From: Blepharisma stoltei ATCC 30299
Taxonomy: Eukaryota > Protista > Ciliophora
Direction of reading: 5' to 3'
Assembly: GCA_965603825.1 (NCBI GenBank)
Contig: CBFDEM010000025.1
Location: 310,001-374,000 of the forward strand
Length of the DNA stretch: 64,000 nucleotides
This document shows positions 11,177 through 23,600 of the stretch, one piece after another; position 1 is the first letter of the stretch; the number at the start of each line of letters is the position of its first letter. The notes beneath the pieces are model-generated. The model worked only from the letters and a program-made list of their open reading frames with translations. It was not told where the DNA came from and did no database searches. The position numbers and the translations under genes were made by a program.

Positions 11177-11800
11177 TTAAAAGTAAATCCATCTGCAGAT
11201 CTTTTTCTGAGACATCTCTATTCTTTTTCTCATCTCCCTCAAATTCATAACTTCAAGAAGCTCTTGAGGACTCAAGGTTGCAAGCCCTCTGCAAAACTCA
11301 ACTGAGTAGCTCAATATAACTCCTTCAATAAACCCATGGGCTATCAATAAAGCTTTCATAATTCAATTAACCTTGTCTATAAAAAACGCCTTGGAAAACA
11401 GTACAATAATAATAAATACAATATAGCAAACGAGCAATTTTCTGTTCATATATATGTAAGAAGCAATCCCAAAAATTGCATAAAAGATAAACGATATCAT
11501 TCATAGATGAATGAATGGATAGATAATTAGATATCCAAACATATCTAATAAAGCTAGAAACTTTATCTGGATTGATAGCTTGATAATATTGTCGAATTTT
11601 ATACTTTTCCATTGATTTGAAAAGGCTATAGAAGGAATTGTTTGATTTGGATCTATGGTCTGGTATCGGGATGAAGATTGAGACCCTTTCGGTATTAAGA
11701 TAAAAGGAGATCTTGGATTTTCAACACTCTGGTCAAGGTTCTGTGTTTCTCTGAAGTTTGATTCTTGGTATTGCTCTTTAATCTTATCTTCAGCTTCCAT
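11177..11800 (-). CDS. Hypothetical multi-pass (about 4 TM) membrane protein, 207 aa
   Basis: ORFs 11501..11800 and 11177..11359 form one frame through two TGA(Trp) codons. The linking part (WMISFIFYAIFGIASYIYMNRKLLVCYIVFIIIVLFSK) is hydrophobic. Confidence 0.75.
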
Positions 11801-12073
11801 AGGTTCGAAGTAATTTTAATATGAGAAATGTATAAAATTTTCTCTATGATTAATTATTAAACATTAGCATCTTGCTTTAAATTTCAATTGTAGGCTATTT
11901 TAGTCGGAAGAAAAGGAAATCTAATAAATTAATCAATACTATAATAAAATCAAGCTATTAAAATGCTGATAATAAAGAATATTTCAGCTAGAGGAATGAA
12001 TTTATTTTGTTAATTAAATTACTATAATTTTAATTCACATCCTCAATACGACAAAAATGTAATAATTTAAATG

Positions 12074-12979
12074 CTACTCTTGCCATAACTTTTGTTTTTT
12101 ATTTTTAAAAATCAAATGTCCTCTAAATATTGATTCAATATAGTTCAACGATTTCAATGATGGCGAAGGTGAAAAGTTTTTTCGATCAACCACAAGTGAT
12201 TGAGGCAAATTGAGTGAAATTTCATTATTTTTTCATTCCAACCTTTTTATATCATTATCAGACAAAAACTGGTCTTTCTTCTTATTTATATCAGATTTCA
12301 TTTCTAGCAAATCAGATAAAAGGATTTTCAAAGTCTTCTCCATTGATTCAAGCTCTTTAAATTTTCCTAATCCTTCAATTTCTTGTATACAAATCTCAGT
12401 ATTTCTTTGTATTTCAATAATAAGATGTTCTTTTGCTTTATTTATATTATCTAAATGCACTTTTAAATGCTCATTTTTTTTGTTAATTTCTTCTATGTCA
12501 CATAAAGAAGTTTGGGTTTTTGAAATTAACTCAGCTACTTTATTTTCATTTTCTGTAAGCTTGAGCGCTTTTGCGTTTATGGCTTCTCGAGTTTTTGAGC
12601 TTTGAATAGAGCTAAAATCATGTGTTAAATGATTTATTAAGCACCTTTGACAGATTAGAGTATCATCAACTGAACAATATGCAACAACTCCAAATAAATG
12701 GGATTTTCCAAGGCAGAAATTGGTTGGAGCGACAGGTTTTTCAAGGATTTTAAGTAAGATATGATTTTCAATTATATTTTCGCTCAGCTTGTTGCAAATT
12801 AAACATAAATAGCGTGACGTTGCAAGCTTTACTCTCTTTAGGCACGAGATGCAAAATGTGTGTCCACATGTAAGAACATATGGAATTAGAATAGAAGTGA
12901 ACTCCGATTTGCAGGCTGGGCATTTAATATATTGTGAATCTTCTTCAAATGAAATCTCTAAAGAGCCCCCTTGCTCCAT
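12074..12979 (-). CDS. RING + B-box + coiled-coil protein, paralogue of 6296..7411 (301 aa)
   Basis: CPAC...CGHTFCISC...CLIC RING and YCSVDDTLICQRCLINH B-box. Read-through of TGA 12233 gives ...LNYIESIFRGHLIFKNKK, resembling IEYEDSIQQGALAYKKRK of the paralogue; ends at TAG 12074-12076. Confidence 0.85.
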
Positions 12980-13466
12980 TTAAAAAGTTAAATTAAATTT
13001 TTAGTTAAAATGCTTGGAATTACCCTTCTTTATTTTATTTGATAAATTAAGAACTATTACCCAGAATTCTGGCTTCTAAATATAGCACCAAGCATTTTTG
13101 TGATATATTTATCAGCTTTAAAAAATAACAATAAATTTTATATTAATCGCTTTAATATATATGCTTATTCATTTATTTCATGCTCAATGTGACTTGTCTC
13201 TTCTAGTTTTTTGGCTTTAAGATCAAACCTGAATAAATCCTCATATAGGATGAAATAAATACTTCCATTATAACTGGCTCTGAACCGTAAAATTCAGAAA
13301 TATTGAAAATTTGTACTTCCTATGGAGGTTCATTCAAATAAATTTTCATAATTGCTTTCATATATCATCTTTGCATATGCAGTATCCTTTAAACGATTCT
13401 GCATTTTTATCACTGCAAAAAATGCAAGCAATATAATTAAGGTATTCAGAGCAGTGCAAAAGCAGA

Positions 13467-13481
13467 CTATGTAGAATTTAC
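13467..13481 (-). other. 15-nt intron-like sequence GTAAATTCTACATAG in the decayed Cys-rich tail
   Basis: Matches the consensus (GTAA, T9-A10, TAG), but the host frame is degenerate. Confidence 0.5.
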
Positions 13482-13987
13482 CTCTAAATTCTCCTTCATA
13501 ATTTAAATAAAGCCCTTTTTCACAATTTTTAGGATCATTTTTCTGAGCGAATTTCTTTGATACTTAATTTTCCAAAAGTAGGAATTTCCAATATCTTGTT
13601 CGCTAGGTCTTTAAGATACCCACCTTTTATTGAGCTTACTTCTAGCTTTTGGACGCTTCCTTTGGCCTTTTCAAAGTCTTAGTAAAAGGTTTCTTTTGAT
13701 GGAGTGGCTATTGTAGGGTTTATGCCTGATAAAATCATTGATAAGAATTTTCGTCTGGGCTCATGTAATACCCGAAATTTGTACCGAATAAGCTTGGGTA
13801 TTCATTTTTATTGATTCCGGAATGGCCTCTATAATATCCGCATTTGCTGTACGAGTGTCATTAGAATTTACAACTTCAAGAAGGCTTTCTAAACCCTTAC
13901 AAATATCATCATCAGACACAAAATTAGGAGCCTTACACCTTAGGCATCTGCCTGCCAATGTACATGTCAAACAATATTTAGAGCAAG

Positions 13988-14002
13988 CTGTCTAAATCTT
14001 AC
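13988..14002 (-). other. 15-nt intron GTAAGATTTAGACAG
   Basis: Removing it deletes an in-frame TAG and joins ...RDNSCK to ACSKYCLTC. Confidence 0.8.
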
Positions 14003-14845
14003 CTTTACAGCTATTATCCCTCTCATACATATAGAACCTGTCCTTACAGAAACAATATCATCCTTTATTTTTTGCATTTTCATCTTTGCATTTAGTACAA
14101 TAGTCATAAATTTCACACCAGCACTTACTTTCACATTTATTAGACTGGAAACTCAAAAAATGCTTTTCCATGCAACCCAATTTGCTAGTAATAGCCTCAT
14201 TCTTTTCAAAATCCTTTTCTTCAAGCCCTTTAAGTGGGCTGACTAATTCTTTTTTCTCATAGTAGTCATATGCGATTTTTTGAGCACATTTTCGCTCCTC
14301 AGGAAGCAGCTCTTTTTCATAAGCCTCAATTATTTTGCTGATATATTTTAACAGTCCTTTGGCTTTTACGACAAGGAGCTCATTGTCAACGCTGAGTGTG
14401 AGATCAGCTATATAGGAATTTTCGCCAATTTTTGCGATAGAATTAGGAATCAGCCGTGCGCCAGGCCCACAGAAGACTCTTTCCCCTGGGGTTTTATATT
14501 TGGCTACTGGGGTTAAAATAATCCTGTACATAAAATCAACAGGCTCACTCGTATAAAGCAGCTTAAAGTCTTGGTATTTAGATTTGATCAGCACAAGCGA
14601 GGGTCTATAAAGCTTGCATCAGCCGTTTATGGTGTATTCTCAATGGGTAAAGCCAAAGGAAAAATAATAATCAGTGCTTTTATATTGCTGAAAAGCTGTC
14701 CCACCTCTTAAAATCCCTGGCTCTCTTTGAAGTTTCCTCGAAACCCTGGTGCAAGGACTTTCATCAGTAAAGTTAATGACCTGGAAATTTTAAAAATTAT
14801 AAACAAAGTCAATATGGCTGTCATCAATTATTAGAGGCCACCAGC

Positions 14846-15777
14846 TGCAGATAAGGATTATATAAAACTTCTTTTTGATATCGACTATATCTACGCCCTT
14901 TTGCCTCCTCATACTTGTGATGAAGAAAAAGCTAGGTTCAATGAGTTTCGTCTATCAGACAAAGAGCAAACTCGTGTATTTTCCCTTCTGCCCTTTGGCT
15001 ACCTGAAAAACAGCTTTATTTAACTGCTAATAGGGTTTCTATCTTAGACTCATATAGTTATGTATATGTAACCTTTTTTGATTCTGACTGAAATGAAGTC
15101 AGAAATACTGATTTTGTAGGGAAAAATCAGGTGCCCAGCATAATCACACCTGGCGCATCGAAAAGAACTGAAGTCCACTTATAATTATAACGTGCATTTA
15201 TATTTTTTATATAAGTATGAGGACACTCAACTAATAGACTGCACTGAGGAACACCTCCTTGTAAAAGACAATTCGGCTCTGACAAAGGATCTAGTTGCAC
15301 CTTTGGCTCAAGCCCCTACATTAGATTTTTAAATACAAATTATTTCGTATCATTTGCCCAGACAAAGTATGACTTCATAAGCCTCATCATAGGCCTGCTT
15401 TATCTATTATAGAAGCCTTAGAAGGAGGAGAGTTCAAAATAATTTACACGAGCGAGCCTTTAAATTTCCCTTCTACCCTGCTTGCGAATCCAAAATGGAT
15501 TAATACAAAATTTTCGAAAAATGACATAAGGAGGATTATGATGGTCACAAGTATTGCGAATTAGGATTTCCAAAGTGGCGTCGCTGGCCTGACGGTGAGT
15601 CTCGACGACGAAATTGCGGTAGCGGTTAAAGTGGATAGGCTGAGGAATTTTGTGCAGTATGTTGTTAATGTCTATGAGTATGGGAGATTGCCTGATAAGA
15701 ATAACTGGGCTGATAAGCTTGGGGAGGAATATTTTAGAAGTCTGCCACAGGGAGTTTTTATTAACAATAATTCTTAA
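14846..15777 (+). pseudogene. BMT/GT91-like pseudogene (frameshifts, internal deletion, nonsense codon)
   Basis: Ordered motifs in shifting frames: SALWLPEKQLYLTANRV..SYVYVTFFDSDWNEV..VPSII / RIEKNWSPL / HLYFLYKY / SSPYIRF..YFVSFAQT / HRPALSII..IIYTSEPLNF..MVTSIAN*(TAG 15562)DF..GLTVSLDDE. It is paralogous to the minus-strand copy. Confidence 0.65.
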
Positions 15778-17622
15778 TTATTTATTAGATATTGGGTGAT
15801 TTTTATAAATTATATGATAAATTGGCTTTTTATTGAAAATATAAATTTAATTTTGATGATTTAATTCTCTATCTTTTAGTCAAAATTTATAAATTTGTAA
15901 AATAATGATCATTTTCTTATTTTTATGCATAATGGAACAGGCAAGCAAACATTTTCTTTGAATTTATACTATCACTACTACATAAGCTCATAAAGCCATC
16001 CATAACTACAAAAGCACGCTCCCAGCTTGATTTATGATATAATAGAGCTACATTTAAACAAAAATTATTTCGTAAATGGCAAGAAGTTTCTAAAAGACCT
16101 CTCTATTCCTATCTGTATTATTTAGAATCAGGGCGTGCTATGCTTAGTTTTACTATTCCGATGCTTATCATGATTTAGGAGAAGCAAAAGGATTTCGAAT
16201 TAACATAATTAAAAAAAAGGAATAGCGAAATAAGTTCACAAAAATATCTATCGTCCAACTAGAAGGATAATCCATTATTAATGCAATCTTACAGGATAAA
16301 CTAGGGGAGAACAGCACCTATAATCTAGGAATTCATAACAGAATTAGTTAGAGTTGATCTTTATCAAGCTAAAAAAATCTGGATACCCAGGGTCTGCTTT
16401 CTTAAAATAAAACTTCTGAATTCAGGATTTTTAAAATTAGCAGCTGTCTTAAACTTGAAATCCTATAGTCATTACTTTAAAGCAGTAATCTTCAAATTTT
16501 ATTTAATTAAAAGCCCAATTATTTTTAAGTAATCCATTATAAATGCTAAATTGTAAAAATTAATTGCTTTTTTTACCATTTTTTAACTGAGAGCTTTCCA
16601 TGAAATTAAAATTACAGATAATATAATCTCTTTAGTTTAAAACTTGGTGTTTTATTCATAAGTATCTCAATTAAAATCATCGTAAAGATATGGGCCAAGT
16701 TTGCTTGCGAGGTAATGAATTAATTTTTGGTTCAATATGAACTATGCCTCTACACTAGTTGCATCAAATTTTTGAAAAAAACTGATGAATGCAATACGTG
16801 TAGCAGCTTAGAAACTCTGAAGAACTTGGCTTGCAATTCTACATATTTGGATGATTCAAGAAGTGAAAGAGAATGATCGTCCAAAAGCTGATAAATCGCT
16901 GGACCAAAATTTTGATGTTTTTCTAGAGAAAGGCTTGGATCATAAGCATATGAATTATCAAGAAAGAGTAAAATAAGTGAATTGTACTAAGAAGAACGTA
17001 ATAATAAATCTGTAGGGCTGAGAAGATGTCAAAATAATTCGCAGAGCAGTTCTCTAGCAGATAGGAGACTTAGGAACTTAAGCAGAAAATGATAGATCTT
17101 GTATATGGGTTGAGCTTAAATGTTAGGTTGATGAGTCTATAATTGTAATACAGATTTAAATGAGCTTTTTGGTCTTACTGGATAAATTTTTGAAGAAATA
17201 ATTTATAAATAAATTTTAAGCAAAGAAGAGATTAATTAGCAAGTTAATCTTTAGCTATTTGATAATTCGAATAATAAATTATAATAGACTTAATGCTGGA
17301 TATCTCTTCGATTACAAAATAACTAAATATTTATTAATTGTAGCTAATTAATTATCAAGTATTTAAAATTAACTTAAATAGAAAATTTCTTTTATACATT
17401 TACTTTTATTTAAAATATAAAAAAACTTTAAATTACTAAATGCTGTATAAGTAATATTATTTTGAGATTTAATTTTCACTAAGTTATAAAATGTTTGATG
17501 TGATTCTCAGCAATATCTCTTATAGAGTCTATATAGATTTATTTTATAAACTGAATTATTTTTTACTCCTCGTTAAGCTTACATTAATTAGAGTAGACAC
17601 AAAATTAAGAATAAAAGGTTAT

Positions 17623-20600
17623 TTAAGCCTTAGATTTGCTTGTTTCCACCGGAGGATAAGCTTGAATGATGAAATACCTGACAATCATGTAAATTGTTTC
17701 CATAATAAAGATCTCAATTAAGATTCCCCATAAGAAGCTAACAGCCCAGTACCCACTCCATTTATGGCAGAAGTCATAGCTTAGCATCACAATTCCAACA
17801 ATAGATCCAATGAGAATGGCAACTCCAAGAGTCACTGCAGCTGCTGACCATTGTGGAGCTTTAGTTCTATCAATGCTAAACGCAACAACCATAAAGATTT
17901 CAACAGGGATTGTAATAGCTAAAGCCAAAATCATATACCCAAAGTAGTTTCCTTCATAGTCATCAAACAATGTCTGAGTTGCTGTTTCGCTTCCTGAGTT
18001 GATATCTTCAAATCCAAAGTACAGCAATCCTTCAAGCAATAGTTCAAAGATGATGACTACAACCAAAGTGAAGAGCCTTGCTACTCTCGAGAATGTTGGC
18101 CTATAATAGAATATTCCAAGAGCTAAATGGCCTTCAATTAATTCTTGAAGCTCATACTTAACTTCATCCTCAGGCTTCTCATCATTTGATGGTCCTCCAA
18201 TTTGTTGGACTATTGAGTTTTCAGTCAAATCAATTTCTTGCGACTCAACAACTTCATCCTCTGAACTGCCAGACTGTCCGCTTTCAACTGACTCTTCTCC
18301 TTGGGATGCATGAATGCTTATATCATGACGCATTAGTCCTCGCTCAGTTGGTCTTGGAGAATGGGATGGTGAGTTGTGAGGCACATTCCTAGTTTTGATC
18401 TCAGTAGCTGCAGGGTGGCTAATTCTGTCGATAATCACCATAATTGGGGCCAGAATCAAGCCAATAAACAAAGTGACTACAAGGATGTAGAGAGGGGCGT
18501 AGTTATCGTCACAGCTTGAGCTACTAGTTGGTACATAAGGAGGTGGATTATCGCTAGGGTTGATCTCTACAAGTTTGTACATTGAGAAATGGTAGACCTT
18601 GACTTTGACTGTTTGATCTTCGTTGTTGATGCTTGAAACCTTGCAGTTTGACTCAGTCCAATTTGAGCTTGTTTCATTGTAGTATTGGCAGCCCCACACC
18701 ATTCCTTCAGAAATATTCTTGTAGAAAGGCAGCTCAATGAGGAATGGATAATCAGTTGACGAGTATGGAACATAAGTTTCATCATTAATTGTAAGAGTGT
18801 AGTCTTTGTATGTGCCTGAATTTCCAAAGCTGAATAAAGCGATATCAGAATAGCTATCGTTTGAATATCCCTGGTAGAAATTAGCTCTCATGTTCATAAT
18901 ACTATCATCATCAAATTCAAGGATGCTAGGATAAGTAAGAATTTTACTGTTAGTATATTCCTTAGTTTTATTCTCCATATCTTTTCTGAAATTTCTATCT
19001 TTATAAATCTGGACATTATCAGTATTTTGATTTCCACTTAGCGATGATTGAGTCACTAGGTCATCATGGGTTGCTTTTACAGCCCAAGTAAGATAGAAGT
19101 CATTGACGTACAAAACTGATTTTTCAAAGCTTTTATCTGAGAAGCTAGTGCTATTTCCATAATTCAAATAGCTCTCACCTATCAAAACCACTGTATTCAT
19201 ATTATCTTGGCTTGGGTAAAGTGTATTGTAAGTGGTCAAAATGCTATTAAGCCAAGTTATCAACTGTTCGTACATACTAATGCTCATTAAATCAGTTTGG
19301 CTGGTCATAGAGTAAACAGATCCCAGCAGAGACTGAAGTAAATTGACTGTCATGCTGCTTTGGGTTTGGACATAAGACTGCAAATCACTCCACATCTTTG
19401 CAAACAAAGAACTATCAATTGTAGCTCCTGAGCATATCAAAGTAATAGTAGATGGGATATTATCTGGATCAAGAGTCATGGACAGGTAAGTATCCATCAA
19501 CGTGCTAGTGTCTAGACGCCTTCCAGGTGAGTATTTGCTAACTGTAAGTTTAGAAGATGAGTAATCTTCGCAAGTATCAAGCTGGTCACAAACATGGACT
19601 GAAATAACCTGCTCGCCTGAAGACAGTTTGGATGAAATTTGGCTTTCTTCAGTGGTAGATCCTATAGTGTATTTCGAGTTTGATCCAGATAGAGAGTACT
19701 TGTACGTGTAAAGAAGTGGATAGTCTTCATCATCACGATCAACGCAGCCACTTATTGAAATTGTAAAAGTATCAATTAAAGCCATTCCAGTTGTTGGCGA
19801 CACAGCTAATGCTCCTGAGCAAGATGCTCCTAAGTTAACTGAGACAGACAAGTCAACGCTTAAGCTTACACTGTTAGAGTCTGTTATCTTCAAGGTGAAT
19901 ACATATGCCATTCCATCACTCATTGTCCCAGAAGGAATTAAAAGAGACGGAAGATTATTTGGTGAAATTGAAATCGATAATCCAGATTTTTGAGTCCATA
20001 TAAACGTAGAACCTTCGCTTGAGGAAACACTTGCTGAGTATTTGTTCTTATTCTGGCTGCTGGCTTTTGTAGCAATAGCTGGTATTTCAATTGAGCTAGA
20101 AGTATCAGCATCTAAGACATTGAGAGTTATGGTTAAGCTTGCTGTTCTAGTATCTTTCGATATTGTGCAAGTTATATCCCATTCAGCACCCTTTACAATC
20201 TTTGCTGAAGGAATAGTAAGTGCGCTATTTGCTTCATTGCTTAGTAAGATTGAGCCATCTGCACCTTTGCATGTCGACCCATCTTCGTGATTAGCACAGG
20301 TCCAAGCATAAGTAAGACCTGAAGAATCATCTGGATCTTTGGACTTATCAGCATTGACGGTATAATCTTTGGATGAAGAAATTTGTCCGCTACCTTTAGA
20401 CAACTCAATATATAGAGGAGAAGATGTAACTGTAATAGAAACTGTAGCACTACCAGTAACTGTTGTTCCACTATTGTCTTGAGAAGCAGTTGCTGTGAAA
20501 GAATATGGACCTCCAGCAGTAAACGTGTTCTTAGGTATCGATAATTTTTGAGTTGTAGTGCTTGAAGCAAGAGAAGATGCTATACTATTATCTGTGGTTG

Positions 20601-23600
20601 AAACATAAGACCATTTCCAAGATATGGCGCTTGTTGAGCCTCCACAAACTGATGTCACTTTAGCTTTCACTTCTTTTTTATCAGAAGCTTTCATTGATAC
20701 TGAGCTGCCTGAGTCAAATGAAACGGATAGAGACTGTTGAGGAGAAACTGATGTTACTACGGATGCCGAGCTTGTTGTTTCACTGAGCCAATTTTTGATT
20801 GTCACAGTCACCGTTAAAGTTGCATCAGAAGATACTGAGGAAAGTTTGTCTCTAGTAATTGTTAAAGATGATGATGTTTGCTTTTCAGCCCAAGACGACA
20901 AACTTGAAAGAGCAGGAGACATTATAGCTTTCCAAGTATAAGTGAAATCACCTCCAAAAGACCCAGTAGACTTATCAGATGAGTAAAGGAGTGAGTCACT
21001 TCCACATCCAAGAGAGATAGATTCTGGGCCTGATAATTTTGCAGTTGGACTTGTGTTTGATCCCATGGCTATTGAAACACTTAATGCTTGATAGTTTGTT
21101 GTACATGTATCTTTTGTATCTTTAAGAATATATGTGCCATCTAAATCAATAGAGTCATTTCTTAGCTTGAATCCCGAGCCTAAGGCAATTTTCAAATTCT
21201 TTGAGTCAGTCCAAGAGCAAATAGGGTTGGTTCCCATCATAATATAAGAATCATAAGTTAATGTCTTGGAGCAAATTGGATCTGCTGAAATATCTATTGG
21301 AACCTTAAATGTTATAGTCACAGAAGTGTACGAAGAACTATATGCTGCGCTTACTACGTCTGAAGGTGCAAGATATTTCTTGCACACAACACATTTGCCA
21401 TTTGAATAAGTATAGCCAGAGTTACACTGACAGCTTTTTGAGGCTGAATCATATGAAGAATTGGCAGTGCATGCACAAGTTGTTCCAGTTAGCTCTGCAT
21501 TCGTAATGCATACAGAGCACTTATTGCCATCATTAGCGTCACAAGAAGTGCAAAGATTGTTGCATGTTGCTATACAGTTGTTTGAAGAGTTCAGAGTATA
21601 GCCAGTATTGCAAACACATAGACCATTCGATACTGATGCATTTGCCTTGCAAGCTGTACAAACTGTAGCAGATGTGCATTTAGAGCATGAAGTTGGACAT
21701 TGAGTGCATTTGCCACCAGATGGATAATAGCCATCATTGCATGAGCATGTGCTATCATTTGAATTTTTAGTTGCATTATCAACACAAGCAGTGCATGCTG
21801 TTGCAGTTGTGCAAGATAAACATTGATTAGTGCATGACTTGCAGGTGTCTGTATCTAAATAGCTGGTAGATGAGCAGGCGCAAGTTGATGTTCCAGATCC
21901 CTCAAATGTTGATGTGCATGTTGTGCAAGTTCCATAACTAGTGGTAGAGCAAGTATCACAGTGAGCCAATGAGCATTTGCAAGATGATGTTGTAGCATCC
22001 CAACTAAATCCAGACTTACACTCTTGGCATGTTCCATATGATGTCGTTGAGCAAGTCTTGCAGTTACTAATTGAGCACTCGCAAGATTTTGACGAGTCGC
22101 TAAAAGTAAACCCAGATTGACATGTATCGCAATTTCCATATGTGGTTGTTGAACAGGTTACACAATTAGCAATTGAGCACAAACATTTAGATGAAGCAGA
22201 ATCCCAGCTAAACCCGGATTGACAAGTATCGCAAATTTGTGAATCTGATCCTGAGCATGCTTGACAATTTTCAACTGCACATGTAGCAGTGCAATATCCA
22301 GACGTCAACTTATATCCGTCAGCGCATGTTTCGCAATCATTAGAGTTATCAGCTGCACAAGTCTTACAATTATTCTGGCCATCTGTGCATAGGCAAGATC
22401 CTGATGTCAGTGTCGTCCCTGAATCACATTTTGAGCAATCACCTGAGTTATCAGCTACGCAAGTCTCACAATGGTACTTTCCAGCTGTACATACACAAGA
22501 TCCTGATGACAAATCTGTTGCTGAATCACATGTGCCACACGTTGTGCTATCCGAACAGGTAGTACAATGGTTGCTGCCAGCTGTGCATTTAGGTGAGCAA
22601 GTGTTTGGAGATGTAGAAGATACTGCGTCGCTTTCTGAAGTGCAAGACCCGCAAGTAGTGCTATCTGAGCAAGCCGCACAGCCGTTTGAACCAGCTGTAC
22701 ATTTAGGTGAGCAAGTGTTTGGAGATGTTGAAGATACTGCGTCGCTTTCTGAAGTGCAAGACCCGCAAGTAGTAGCATCTGTGCAAGTTGCGCAGCCGTT
22801 TGAGCCAACTGTGCATTTTCCTACACACTTGTTTCCGGATACTATATCGCTTTCTGAAGTGCAAGACCCGCAAGTAGTGCTATCTGTGCAAGTCGCGCAG
22901 CCATTTGAGCCAGCTGTGCATTTAGGTAAGCAAGTATTTGGAGATGCTGAAGATACTGCGTCACTTTCTGAAGTGCAAGACCCGCAAGTAGTAGCATCTG
23001 AGCAAGTTGCGCAGCCGTTTGAGCCAGTTGTGCATTTAGGTGAGCAAGTGTTTGGAGATGTTGAAGATACTGCGTCGCTTTCTGAAGTGCAAGATCCGCA
23101 AGTAGTAGCATCTGTGCAAGTAGCGCAGCCGTTTGAGCCAACTGTGCATTTAGGTGAGCAAGTGTTTGGAGAAGTTGAAGATACTGCGTCGCTTTCCGAA
23201 GTGCAAGACCCGCAAGTAGTGTCATCTGTGCAAGTTGCGCAGCCGTTTGAGCCAACTGTGCATTTTCCTACACACTTGTTTCCGGATACTATATCGCTAT
23301 CTGAAGTGCAAGACCCGCAAGTAGTGCTATCTGTGCAAGTTGCGCAGCCATTTGAGCCAGCTGTGCATTTAGGTGAGCAAGTGTTTGGAGATGTTGAAGA
23401 TACTGCGTCGCTTTCTGAAGTGCAAGATCCGCAAGTAGTGTCATCTGTACAAGTTGCGCAGCCATTTGAGCCAACTGTACATTTAGGTGAGCAAGTGTTT
23501 GGAGATGTTGAAGATACTGCGTCGCTTTCTGAAGTGCAAGACCCGCAAGTAGTGTCATCTGTGCAAGTTGCGCAGCCGTTTGAGCCAACTGTGCATTTTC

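Larger units (their letters stand above)
13270..14845 (-). pseudogene. 5'-truncated BMT/GT91 (beta-1,2-mannosyltransferase)-like C-terminal half fused to Cys-rich repeats; decayed
   Basis: Translation WWPLIIDDSHIDFVYNF*NFQVINF...ILRGGTAF...FSFGFTHW...GWCKLYRPSLVLIK...ARLIPNSIAK...DLTLSVDNELLVVKAKGLLKYI, followed by CxxC-rich segments. There is an in-frame TAA at 14790-14792, no start codon, and the frame is lost below about 13700. The lower boundary is approximate. Confidence 0.65.

Noticed and set aside
15367-15564. Tiny introns rescuing the plus-strand BMT-like copy (GTATGACTTCATAAG; GTATTGCGAATTAG)
   Set aside because: The first is a multiple of three and cannot fix the frameshift. The second is 14 nt and would break the downstream homologous frame. 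A pseudogene is the simpler reading.
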